The notes under the pieces are model-generated. The model searched no databases and was not told the origin of the DNA. It was given only the letters and a program-made list of their open reading frames with translations. From the human T2T-CHM13v2.0 reference genome, Homo sapiens: DNA of 64,000 bases. A program made the position numbers and the translations under genes. This document shows, piece by piece, positions 28,095 to 41,380 of the stretch (the first letter of the stretch is position 1; the number at the start of each line of letters is the position of its first letter). The stretch lies in NCBI RefSeq assembly GCF_009914755.1, contig NC_060940.1. One strand, written 5' to 3'.

Positions 28095-30354
28095 GTGATA
28101 AACAGTGCCAATTTACTTAGAGTGACACATTAGAGAAATGAAAGCATCAATAAATTCAAACACAGGCAAGGCATCCTGAAGGAGGTGAAAGGAGTTATGA
28201 CCTTACGGAAGATTAGGAGTCAACTTGCTCAATACAAAGATTGGTTGGAGGAGGAGGCATTCTAGGACAGAACAAAGAAATGAAGATACCAGAATCCAAT
28301 AATGCATTATGATATGCCATTAGTTTAATAGTGTTATACAGAGAGCTCAGGTTTCTAGAGAGATTGCAGTTGTAAGTAGGCACTTTGCTTAGAATAGTGC
28401 CTGGCCCAGAGTGAACACAAAATTAGATATATTAGGTTAATTAGACACGGTTATGCAGCTATGTCCTATAAATGCCAAAACTAGATGATAGGATGATCTT
28501 ATTTACCTTGAAGTTTGCTTGCCTTTAATAATAATCTCTGGCCAGATATTAGAGTCCCAACATTTAAAAATTAATGGGACAAAATCTTTACACCATGTTT
28601 CTATTATTAATATGCTTAGAGTTCTTGGCAAGGTGTCTTAATGTCTGTAGGTTCTAAGTGATGAGTAACTCTAGCCTTACATTGCTTCTTTTGGTCAGAC
28701 ATGTATCCCCTACTCTCTGTGAATTTAAATTACCCTCTGTTGGACTACATAAAACAATTATTCCCAAGTTAAATGAAATCCCTCCAACAATTTTTTATTC
28801 AGTTTTCTTATCTTTATCAAGATTTCTTTTTCTTTCATCTTCTTTTTGACAGTAACAAAGGCAAGAGTTTGAACGGAGAAACAGGGTCCCTTAACAGTAT
28901 TTCCACTAAAGTTTGCTTATTTACAGAGATATGTTTCTGGTGCTATATATTTAACCTGAAGCCAAGTTACTATGTGTTTGTTTGTTTTTCATCGAAAAAA
29001 ATTCCAAAGAATTAATGAGCATATAAAAACAATAAAATATAATAACATTTGAATAATAACGTTAGAAGTTCTCATTTCCTAAACTGTTTCTTCCACTATA
29101 TGATGGTGAAATTTCTCAGTAATGAAATGAAGCATATAGTCAATAAGCCAATATTGTTGATTTTAAAGCCTTTAAAGAAGGAACTAGAAAGAGTGACAGA
29201 CTGGATACTCCTGCCATTTTTAGTGACTTGAATGCCAGTTACAATTTATTCCACAAATATGAGAGTATCGATGCATGCGTTTGTAAAATTTACAAAGATT
29301 TAGCATACTGAAAATTGAGATACTTTCACTGAGTCATTCATTCACTAATTTATTAAATGTTTCAGGAGCAGTAAAAGATGAAGCAAGACAACTAGACTTT
29401 GACAAAACAGACATTTTCCATTACATGTTTAGATGTTTTGCATTACATGCTCGCACTTTTTATTTTCTTGTAGATATTAAGACAAGGATGACGGAAGAAC
29501 AAGAAAATGAGCTGGTCATTATTTTGTTTCTCAGTCAGCCCACTCTGAAGGATGGAGAGTGAACTAAGAGAACTGGAAGTGAGGATGGAGAATGAAACTG
29601 ATAAAATGAAGATAGCTTAACAGATTATTAGACTTGCCTAAGGTGAAATAATGGAGTCTTCAAATAGGGTAGTGACAGAATGGTCAGAATTCAGTGGTGA
29701 TGTTCAACTCACTTACGTGGTAGAATTTACATAATTTAGAGCTGCAAAATGATAGAGAAAGGGAGAGCAACAAAGGTGGTATAGTCTCTCCCCTTCAAAT
29801 GCCATATGATATTATTTACAGACCTATGGAACCATATGGTTTTTTTATTCAATGAAACTATGAGAAAGGATTTAGTTGCAGAATGAAATATCTTGGTTAT
29901 TAATGAAGAATGACTTAAAAATCTTAAAATCTTAGGCTCTGGAAGAAAAATATTTCACTTGCTTATGTAAAAATGAATAAGTTGGGTGGATCAGGAGACA
30001 ATACCACTAATACCACTACATCTTTGATGAACTTTCTTCTTTAAACTGCAACATAACTTCATTGCAATGCTGGTTTTGTAAATGCAATCACACTTGAATG
30101 TGGTTTGAATTTTAAGGAGTGTGTCACCTGGCCTGGTGGTATAAATTCTTCAGGGAATACAAGATGAGAATCTTGATGCAAATTTACAAAACCTGAAAAC
30201 TTTTAAGAGATAATGGAGAAACCAAAAGGGAACGAAAATCAGAATAGTCCATGACTCTGTCCATTTCAAATGTACGCTTAATTCTCATTCCTTATTCTTG
30301 TGTAGATGGTCTCAGATTGTCAAAGAACAAGAATCTACTAGGTGATGGATAGTG

Positions 30355-30412
30355 TACACACACACACACAGACAGACACATACACACACACACAAACACA
30401 AACACACACACA
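30355..30412. repeat. Imperfect (CA)n
   Basis: Visible directly. Confidence 0.95.
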
Positions 30413-30785
30413 CCTGCTCCTCAACTTACTATGGGGCTATGGCCTGATAAATTTATCATAAGTTGAAAATATCTTAAGTTTAAAATGCATTTAATACATC
30501 CAACCAAACAAACATCATAGCTTAACCTATCCTACCTTAAACGTGCTTGGAATACTCATGTTAACCTGCAGTTGGGTAAAATCATCTAAAGCAAGCTTAT
30601 TTTATAATAAAGTGTAGAATATTTCATGTGATTTATTGAATACTATATTGAAAATGAAAAACAGAGGGATTGTATGGGTACTAGAAGTAGAGTTTCTACT
30701 GAATGTGTATTGCTTTTGCACCATAGTAAATTAGAAAAATTATAAGTCAAACTATAAGTTGAATTGTAAATTAGGGACTGTGTGC
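30411..30785 (+). mobile_element. MER47A (TcMar-Tigger MITE)
   Basis: TGCTCCTCAACTTACTATGGGG, AAAATGCATTTAATACA, TTTTATAATAAAGTGT and GTTTCTACTGAATG match the recalled consensus. Confidence 0.85.
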
Positions 30786-32346
30786 TGTGTGTATGTATGT
30801 GTGTATATGCATAAACTAATAAACACCTAAATATTATAAAATATATATTTTTTATTTATACATATGCATGTACACGCACACACATACATTCATACACACA
30901 AACATATATATTCATCATCTTTGAAGGAATGAGTAAGCCAGCTCCATATCCCCAGTGCAATCAATACAGCCAAGCCCTAAGAATTACAGACTAACACAAG
31001 GGCAATTGTATTCTATTTCATTTCTAAGTGTTATGTTCATCTGCAAAGCAGCACCACCACAGGGCCACACCATTGTCACTCTTGGTAAATAGCAAGTAGT
31101 TTCATAACTTGTCTCAGCAGTGTCATTTCACAGTTCCTTTTATTGTTACTAACAGAACATCTAAAGGTATAAATTACTCAGTGTATGGAAAACATGCCAT
31201 TTTAGCTTCCCATCCATACCCTACTCTCTCCCCAAGGACCAAAATGGCCCTATACTTCCATTCCCAGACCAAATGTTTATATACCAGAATCCCATAGGTA
31301 TGCTCTTTTTAAAAATTTTCTTAGCGACTATTCTCTTTCACCTTGGAGGAAATAATTTATAACCTGTCAATATCACAAAGGCTTAAGAGTCCATCCTTTC
31401 AGCTGATTTTTTTTATTTTACAAAACCTTTCTTCATAAGATCTTTATATCAAGGTGTAAAAACTTAAACAGAAACAAAACTTCTTCCAACAATTGTGAAA
31501 CCTGGATAATAGTTTTGAGCCTTTGCTGAGTTAAATTTGATAGCTCTGAGAAAGTTTGATAGATAAAATTGTTAAAAACATATGTAGGCCTCATCTCACT
31601 TAAACTTTATATCTACGTGACGCAGGTGTTATTGTTATTGACATTTTATAAATAAGGGATCTGAGGCTTATAGAGATTAGCATAATGTTGCACGTCCATA
31701 TGACTAATGTCTAGATTGCAAACCAGGACTGGGTAGCTTCACAGCTCAAAATAAACCAGATATAGACTCAAGTAATACTGAAACAAAGAGCTTTACAGAG
31801 AGGCGCTGGCAATGCAGAAAGTACATTAAGAGACTGAGAACAAATTTAATGGTAAACACCAAGGCCGGTCCCTAAATATGTAATGTACTATAGCCTAACT
31901 TTGAGAAAATGAGTACAATTTAAATGTCTTTCACTAATTTTGCATGCAAAGGGTGTAAAAAGCTATATGGAGCTGTCATCTGAACTGACGTTTTATATAT
32001 GGGGCATGTCATATATTAGGGATGAAATTAGCAAGTGTTTGGATGCTCAAATGAATTTGATCATTCACTATATAATTTTCAATATGATCTCTGCTTCAAT
32101 ACCCTATTTTACACTCTTGTAATTGGGGAGAAGGGAAATCACGTAGTTTGAAAAGTGCACTGCATTTGTAGTAAATAAATAAATAAATAAGTACGTAAAT
32201 TAAAAAATAAAGAAAAACTGTACATTCTATTCAACTTACTATATGGGAGTTTAATCAATTTACTTAAAATTATGTGATCTTTGTGTTTTTGGTCTGTAAA
32301 CTGAAGATAATACTTACCCTGTCTCTATATTGGTATTGTCCAAAAT

Positions 32347-34514
32347 GAAACTGCCACTTTGAGAACCATAAGATCTCGTGAGAACTCCCTTACTATCAGG
32401 AGAATAGCATGGGGAAAGTCATCCCCATGATCCAGTCACTTCCCACCAGACCCGTACCCCAACACATGGGGATTACAATTTGAGATGAGATTTGGGTAGG
32501 GACACAGAGCCAAACCATATTATTCTGCCCCAGGCCCCTCCAAAATCTCATATCCCCTTCATATTTAAAAAGCAATCATGCTTTTCCAACAGTCCCCCAA
32601 AGTCCTAACTCATTTCAGCATTAATTCAAAAGTCCAAGTCCAAAGTCCCATCTGAGACAAAGCAAGTCCCTTCCACCTATGAGCCTGTAAAATCAAAAGC
32701 AAGTTAGTTACTGCCAACATACAATGCAGGTAGAGGTATTGGGTAAATGTTCCCATTCCAAATGGAAGAAATTTGCAAAAACAAAAGGGCCACAGCTCCC
32801 ATGCAAGTCCAAAATCCAGCCAGGAAATCATTAAATCTTAAAGCTCCAAAATCTCCTTGACTCCATGTCTCACATCTAGGGCACACTGATGCAAGGTCAG
32901 GTGCCCACAGCCTTGGGCAGCTCTGGATTGGAGGGCACAGCCCCTGTGGCTGGCTTTGCAGGCTATCACTGAGCACCTGCAGCTTTTCCAGGTGCATGTT
33001 GCAAGCTGTAGATGGAACTACCTTTCTGGGATCTGGAGGACAGTGGCCCCCTTCTCATCTAAGAGCTCCACTAGGCAGTGCCCCTGTGGGTACTCTGTGT
33101 AGGGGCTCCAACCCCACGTTTCCCCTCTGCATTGCCCTAGTAGAGGTTCTCCATGAGGGCTCTGCCCTTGCAACAGACTTCTGCCTGGACATCCAGGCAT
33201 TTCCAAACATCCTCTGAAATCTAGGCAGAGGCTCTCAAAGCTCAACTCTTGTCTTCTGTGCACCCATATGCACAACACCATGTGAAAGCTGCAAACACTT
33301 GGGGATTGCACCCTCTGAAGCAATGGCCTGTGCTGTACTTTGTCCCCTTTTAGCTACAGCTGGAAGTGGAGTGGCTGGGATGCAGGGCACTATGTCTCAA
33401 AGCTGCACAGAGCAGCAGGGTCCTGGGCCTGGCCCACAAAATCATTTATTCTTCCTTTAGACCTTTAGGCATGTGAGGGGAGGAGCTGTCATGAAGGTCA
33501 CTGGCATGCGCTGAGGACATTTTCCTCATTGTCTTGGCTATTCACATTTAGCTCATCTTTACTTATACAAATTCCTGCAGCCTGCTTGAATTCCTCCCCA
33601 GAAAATGGGTTTTTCTTTTCTGCCACATGATCAGGCTGCAAATTTTCCAAACCTTTATGCTCTGTTTCCCTTTTAAACAAAAGGTCCAATTTCAAACCAT
33701 CTCTTTGTGAATGCATATAACTAAACGCTTTCAGAATAAGCTAAATTATCTCTTAAATATGTTGCTGCTTTGAAATTTCTTCTGCTAGATACCCTAAATC
33801 ACCTCTCTTATGTTCAAAGTTCCACAGATCTCTAGGACAGGGCAAAATGCTGCCAGTCTCTTTGCTGAAGCATAGCATGAGTGACCTTTACTCCAGTTCC
33901 CAATAAGTTCCTCATCTTCATCTGAGACAATCTCAGCCTGGACTTCATTGCCCATATCATTATCAGCATTTTGGTTAAAACCATTCAACAAGTCTCTAGG
34001 AAGTTCCAAACTTTCCCATATATTCCTGTCTCCTTCTGGGCCCTCCAAACTCTTCCAGCCTCTGCCAGTTATCCAGTTCCAAAGTCACTTTCACATTTTC
34101 AAGTTACCTTTATAGCAGTACCTCACTCTGCTGGTTCCAGTTCTCTGTATTAGCCTGTTTTCACACTGCTATAAAGATACTACTTGAGACTGGGTAATTT
34201 ATAAACAAAGATGTTTAATTGACTCACAGTCCCGCATGGCTGAGGAGGCCTCAGGAAACTTACAATTAAGGTGCAAGGTGAAGGGGAAGCAAGGCACGTC
34301 TTACATGGCAGCAAGAAGAGAGAAAGATTGAGCACAGGGGAAACTGCCACTTTTAAAACCATCAGATCTGGTGAGAACTCCCTCAATATAATGAGAACAG
34401 TGTCGGGGAACCACCCCCACAATCCAATCACTTCCCTTCAGGTCACTCCCCCAATACCTGGGGATTATAATTCAAGATGAGATTTGAGTGGGGACACACA
34501 GCCAATCTATATCA
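32347..34514 (-). mobile_element. THE1D/MSTA-type MaLR provirus: 5' LTR 34146-34514, internal 32523-34145, truncated 3' LTR 32347-32522
   Basis: Two homologous LTR ends (GAGATTTG.GT.GGGACACA..GCCAA) around a ~1.6 kb internal region; ORF piece WESLELPRDLLNGF..WSKGHSCY is typical of MaLR internal sequence. Confidence 0.92.
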
Positions 34515-34622
34515 ATAAGCATGTATGTATACGTGTGGATAAGTGAAGTTATAGTATATGGAGAGCACTTTTAAAGTCAGCAATAATAATGGACTTGACC
34601 TATTATATAAACATCTACCTAC

Positions 34623-35028
34623 TGTTATGGTTTGGGTCTTGACCTCACCAAATCTCATGTTAAAATGCATTCCCCAGTGTTGGGGACTGGTGGATCATGA
34701 AGGTGTTGGATCATCGCAGTGGATCCCTCATGAATGGCTTGGCACCATCTTCTTGGTAATGAGTAATTTCACACAAGGTCCAGTTGTTTGAAAGTGTGTG
34801 GCACCTCCCACTCTCTCTTGCTCCTGCTTTTACCATGTGACCTGCCTGATTCCACTTCACCTTCTGCCATGAGTAAAATCTCCCTGGGGCCTCTCCAGAA
34901 GTAAAGCAGATGTTGGTGGCGTGTTTTCTGTACAGCTTCCAGAATGGTGAGCCAATTAATTCTCTTTTCTTTATAAATTACACAGTCCTGTGTATTTCTT
35001 TATGGCAACAGTAGAACAACCTGACACA
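34623..35028 (+). mobile_element. MSTB-like solo LTR
   Basis: TGTTATGGTTTGG..AAATCTCATGTT..GGATCCCTCATGAATGGCTT..TTCTTTATAAATTAC. Confidence 0.85.
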
Positions 35029-35813
35029 CTACCCCAATCAATATTATTATTTTAAAATGTATATAGAAGTGTTCAGGATTAAATACTTGTTTTAAGAGTA
35101 TTTAAAACTAGAAAATATATATGTAAAATTTCTCAGATGGTATAATCCAACCAACAGAGGTCAATCACTATTGTGATTAACTGGTAATTGTATTGGCTGA
35201 GAATTGAAAATAAAAATTTCTGACTGGATTATGTATGTTCTAAGGAAAAGGCCATTTTGAATCAAATGTATTCCAGTGCCTACACTGGTTAAATATTGCA
35301 TGAGTATCATTGAAAGATGCTGGCTCAGCAGGAAGCCTGGGCAGAAGAAATGACTTTCTTAGGTGGAATGATGAGGTCATTTAATCTGCTTCCAAATCCT
35401 TGGCAGGGATTAATATCCCATTAAGAAAGTAATAAACACCTTCATAATAAACACATGGGGTGGGGCGCATTTTCCATCATTTCAACAGCAAGGCTTTCTT
35501 TTAATTTCAACCATCACGTGCCTTCTATACACTCATAGTTATTTACAGTTTCATCAAAACTAAATCATATTATAATGAGTAATAACAAATACCATTTGTT
35601 GAGCACAAATTATATGTTAGGCACTATGCTGAGTACCTTGTATGCCTAATCATATATTTAAATAGACTCTGTTTTAGATAGTATCAATATCCTAATTTAA
35701 GTGTTGACTAGCCAAAGTTCACGATGCTAGCATGTGGCACTGCTGAAATTTGAATACCTTTATTTCATTCTAGAGGTCATACTCTTAAGTAAGCAGCCAT
35801 TTTTCTTACCTGC

Positions 35814-36151
35814 TGTCTTAGTCTGTTTAGACTGCTGTAACAGAAGACACAGACTGAGTGGCTTATAAACAATAGGAATATATTGACACATTATTGGAAT
35901 TCCAAGAACAAGGTATCAGGAGATTTGATCCCTGGTGAGAGTTGGCTTTCTAGTATTTTTGGTGTGTTCTGACTTGGTGGAAAGGACATGGGAGCTCACT
36001 GGGACTTCTTTTACAAGAGCTAACTCTTAGGTCATTGGGATAATGACCTCATCATTTCTCAAAGGCCCTGCCTCCATATGATATCACTTGAGGATTAGGT
36101 TTCAACATATAAATGGTGGGGAGGAGCAAATAAATATTCAGTCTGTAAGCA
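35814..36151 (-). mobile_element. MLT1A-type solo LTR
   Basis: TGTCTTAGTCTGTTT..GGCTTATAAACAA..GGATTAGGTTTCAACATAT; perfect 5 bp TSD cctgc (35809-13 and 36152-56). Confidence 0.88.
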
Positions 36152-37066
36152 CCTGCTTTATTCTTAGTGAAACCAGGACATAAATGAAAACAACTCCAGA
36201 ACAGAACTGAAACTTTTGGTTTGTATCCTGATTTCACCATTTTTAAATCCTATGCACTTGGTTACTTGTGTTTTCAACTTAAGTCTTTGCTTCTATGGTT
36301 CTATGGAATCTGGAAACTCTTGTATCTAGAATGTGCATATTTTAACATACTGTTCTGCCAGTAATAACACATTCATATGTTGTCAGGCAGATTACTTAAT
36401 TTCTCTAACAATATTTTCTTGTTTGTAAAATAGGCAGACACATCTGTCCTGCTGTTGTGATAACATTTTTAGGTAAAGGAAGTAAAGGTAATTAACATAG
36501 CACCTGACACATCTCTAACCAATAAAACATTAGATTACTCCCCATTTCCTCGAAATAATAGAGAAAAGATAATTTAATATCTATTTATGCATAAATTGAG
36601 GGTCCAATAAACCATGGTTTCTTAACCTGAGATTAATGTAATGGGCTTTCTAGCAAGTAATGGAGACAAAATCACAGAGCATATGGTCAGAATGAAGGTG
36701 TTCCCACTACTATGCAGCCCTGTGCCCTACAAGTAATGGAAACACAGTTTATAAAGGAAGAAAAGCTATGGGCAGATTTGCATAAGTTAAAGTTCAATGT
36801 GTTAGCCAGTATTCAAGCCAGAGTTCTCAGCTAAAGACTTATTTTCCTGGGACCCCAAAGCTGCCAAGTATAGCAGGAGTCATTTGGATGTCAAGCAAGG
36901 CAGAACACATGGGAGAAACATTTCTGATAAAGCTCAATATGGATTAGTGCTCTGGAATGATGTGGAAGGAAGGGGTCATAACAATGAAATCTACAAAGAA
37001 ATAATTCACTTAGTTAATAAAAGGGCTACACAATGATCAAGTTCCTCTAATCCCTGTACCTAAATA

Positions 37067-37068
<2 letters not shown>

Positions 37069-37113
<45 letters not shown>
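37069..37113. repeat. Perfect (AC)~22 microsatellite
   Basis: Visible directly. Confidence 0.98.
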
Positions 37114-37116
<3 letters not shown>

Positions 37117-38079
37117 CACATGGGTGTGCACACATGAATGTCTGTTTACTCAGGATTAGGGAGACAACTACCTAGCAAACAGATTCTCAAAATGCTCAGT
37201 AGAAAAAGCAATTGTTTAGTAAGTTCAAATTTCACCTTGTTTACCAGTTATACATTTCAAATTATCCCTCTTGTTAAATTTTAGTTTTGTTTTATATAAC
37301 TATGTGGAAATTTAGGTGAAATCTATGAAAAAAGCTATTAAAGTGTGAACAATGCACCTTAGAATAAATTTTCCCTATGAAACTTTCCCTTCTAGATCAC
37401 TACATGTATCTTTTTCATATCCAGCCAAAATTCTGTAGCAGATGAGTATCGTTAGAAGCCCTAATATATGGCAGAGTTTTAAAACAAATGTCTTCTCAGA
37501 GAGTAAAGAGATGGAGGTGAAGGCGAGTTAACTTGTGACTAAGTAGAACTAAGCCATAAAGACACAGTAGATATAATTTACTTGTAGCTCCTGGGAGTAA
37601 GTTAGAGTCAGTGAGAAGCCATAGGTTAGTGGGTCAGGAAACAGGGATCAAGCCATTCACTTTTGGACTAGGTAAATGAGCTAAAGAAATATGATATAAT
37701 TGAAAGATGATATCATGGTATGTATTAGGCAAAGTGTGTACCATGGTTCTACCTGTTCAGTCCTGAGAAAGCCACAGCAGTCATTACTGCCAGAGAAGAA
37801 GGGGCCAGTCAAAGTGGTGGTTTCTCATTGGCTAGAGAATAACTCCTCTATGGTTAGGGAAGTGCTCCTTGATGTCAACCACAAACTAGGTTAGATCTTT
37901 GTGTTATGCTGCACAGAGCCCTGGAGCTCTACTTCAAAACTCCCATCAACCTACTTATTAAATCAGTTACTATTCTATTCACTGATTAATTTAACATATA
38001 TTTATTGAATGCCTACTCTATGTCAGGCACAATGCTAAGCAAGTTGCTCTACTAAGACTCAAACTCCTTACATTTTGGT

Positions 38080-38449
<370 letters not shown>

Positions 38450-38599
38450 TAATTTTTCATGTATAAGCCAAGACCATGATCTAATATATGGCAAATAATC
38501 TTTATAGTATGATGGAATTTAACTAAATGATCCCCCAGGACTGCTCAAGCTCTACTATTCCAGAATAATGAGGATAATGATAATAATGACAACAATGAT

Positions 38600-38850
38600 G
38601 ATGCCAATTTGATAATAATAACTAGCACTTCTTAATGTTCACGAAATGCCAGGCTCTCTGCTAAATACTTCACATGAATTAAGTCACACGATACTCAGAC
38701 AAGTATATGAATCAGTCATTATTATTGCTTACATTTTATATATAAGGAAAGTGAGTCCTAGTTTAGTGAATGGACAAAATCTTGAGAACAAAAAACTGTA
38801 GAACTAGGGATCAAACCCAGGATGACTGATTCTAAAACCATCATGTGATA
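38600..38850 (-). mobile_element. MIR
   Basis: TGCCAGGC.CT.TGCTAAATACTT..CATTTTATATATAAGGAAAGTGAG..GGATCAAACCCAGG. Confidence 0.7.
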
Positions 38851-41051
38851 GTATCTTCTTTCTGCAGAAACATTTGCCAATGATAGATCAGTATTTCTGT
38901 GGGTAACATCAGCAGTAAACTACAAATACATTCTTTCCAAATACAAATTTTAAAGGCAGAATAAGTGTCTGTTAAATACAATTTGAGATTTTTCTTCTAT
39001 CCATCACACTCAATGCAGTTAAAAATTCAGGTACGTTTTTTTACAGCCTCCCTTGCCATTTAACTTACCTCTCCATTACTTTGGCAAAAGCATCACCATG
39101 GCAACCCTTCTCTTCCAATTGTGTTTACACTAATGTTTTTCCATTTTAACCACTGACTTTGAGAGTTCTCTCTAACTCTAGCTCTACTGTAAGTTAGGAT
39201 AACACAGTTGTAAATGGCAAAATTGTACAACCGAAGAAGGCTTTGAGCAGTCCCTGAGCTAGAATCATTCACAGAGAAATAACAGTAGTAGTGGTAGTAA
39301 TAGCAATAAAACAGCTGCTCTTTATTAAATTTATATGATATACCAGGACATCTAGGAAGTCTCCTATGTATGATATTTAATTCCTCCAAATAGTCCTGTG
39401 CGAACGATATTACAGATAGGAAACTAAGACACAGTGAGGTTAAGTAATTTTCTCAAGGTCTAATACTTAGTAGCTGATAAATATGTCTGATCAAATTTGT
39501 CACACTCTATAGACCACTCTTTTTCTTAAATCATAATGGCCTTTGCAGTGTGAGTTTTAGGGACACCTACATCTACCTTTAGCTGGTTAATCTCCGGCAA
39601 GTAATTTCCATGTCAGTTGATTTAAATGGACTTTCCTAGAAGCAGAGTCTAAGACTGGGATTCTTGTGAAAGTGATTTATTGAAGGAATGCTCCCAGGAA
39701 AAGGTATTAATGGGATGTTTCAAGTTCATTTTCTTCTTCTTTCCTCTTCTCTCTCTCTCTCTGACACACACACATGCACAAACACACATTCACATACATC
39801 ATCATCATCACCATCATCATCTATACATAAACCTTTGCCTCATATCTAAGTCGTAGGAGAGAAAAAATATGAATCACTAAATTGAAATCAGGTATGCAAC
39901 TATGGTTCCATGAAATCTGGCCAAGAGAACAGGATTATATGGTAAACACACTGACACCAATATAACACTTCAGATAAGGGTCAGTTTTCAATAAAGAGCA
40001 GTAAACGTGCATCCCCTCAAAACTATCCTTCACATTTAGCCTCAAATAAGTATCTGTAATACACAGCTGATTATAGCCACTGGCACAATAGATCTATAAA
40101 CTCGTTCATAGCTTTAATACAGGTTGTATTATTTAACCACCAGAGTAGCCCTGGAGGTATTTTCTTTAATTTGCAAATTAGTAAAGAGCTCAGAGAACCA
40201 AATAATGTGTCTGTGGTCACTGACTGGCAGCAACAGAATCGAATTTGCTTTTTACCACACCATGCATCCTCACATCCCAGCTGCCTTAACAGATCCACTA
40301 TTTCCAGGAGAACTGTTGTAGGAGTGTGAGAGTGCGTGTTCCTTTTATGATTCTCTCCATCCTTCCTCCTTCATTAAAACAGGGTCAAGAAGGCTAGCTC
40401 AGGTCTCAGCAGGCTCCTTTTAAGGAACAGCACCAGCGTTCCCTGGAAACCATTCATCTTCCCTCCCTTACCAGAAGATCATCTACAGCCTGCCACTCTC
40501 ACTGCTAGACTGTTTAGATAAACATCTCACAGATAATCTTTTTTCTCCTTTCTTTTCTACTTGAAATTTTCCCCATCTTTCTTTCCTCTGTAATTTCCAA
40601 GGACTTAATCTTAGATAAGGGCAAAAATTTTCAAACTAGAAAGAATTTCTGTGGGTTCATTTGAAGTATAAACAACTCTCAGAAATTCAATTTCACCACT
40701 GCATAAGGAATGCCTGTGATAGGCCAAGTACCAGAGGAAGATTTGAAGATGAAACAGAAGTAAGGTGGCTTAATGTTGAGAAACATTAAATACATATTTT
40801 TAAAAATCAAACTTTGTGATTAAGAAAAATATGGTTTGTTTTTTAAATTGCTAGGAGTTACTGAGGGCATACTATGTTGCTCGTACAGTATTCTCTGCTT
40901 TATAAATGTTTTCTTATCCAATCTATTTAATGACCCTTGGGTTTGCATTATAATCACTAGTTTACTGATGAAATATGGAAACTCATGAAAATATGGCTAA
41001 CAGCAATCCCATGTGAAATTCAAATATACATTTTGTTTATTCTTTTTAATA

Positions 41052-41380
41052 CAGGGTAGTTTCCCTTATCTATGGTTTCATTTTTCACAGTTTTATTTAC
41101 CCAATGTCAACCATGATCTGAAAATATTACATAAAATATTTTGAGAGTGAGAAAGATCATATTCACATAACTTTTATTGCAGTATATTGTTACAACTGTT
41201 CTATTTTATTATTATTGTTTTTAATCTCTTAGTGTGCATACTCTATAAATTAAACTTTATTATACATTTGTAAATATAGTAAAAAAAAAACAGCGTATAT
41301 AGGATTCAGTACTATCTGTGGTTTCAGAAATCCACTGGGGGTCTTGGAATGTATCCCCCACAGATAAGGGGGGGCTATAG
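41052..41380 (+). mobile_element. MER44A-like (TcMar-Tigger MITE)
   Basis: TIRs ..CCCTTATC / GATAAGGGGGG..; TA on both sides; CCACTGGGGGTCTTGGAA. Confidence 0.85.

Noticed and set aside
32610-34048. ORFs in the MaLR internal region as retroviral genes
   Set aside because: Short broken pieces of the non-autonomous MaLR internal sequence; no pol or env motifs
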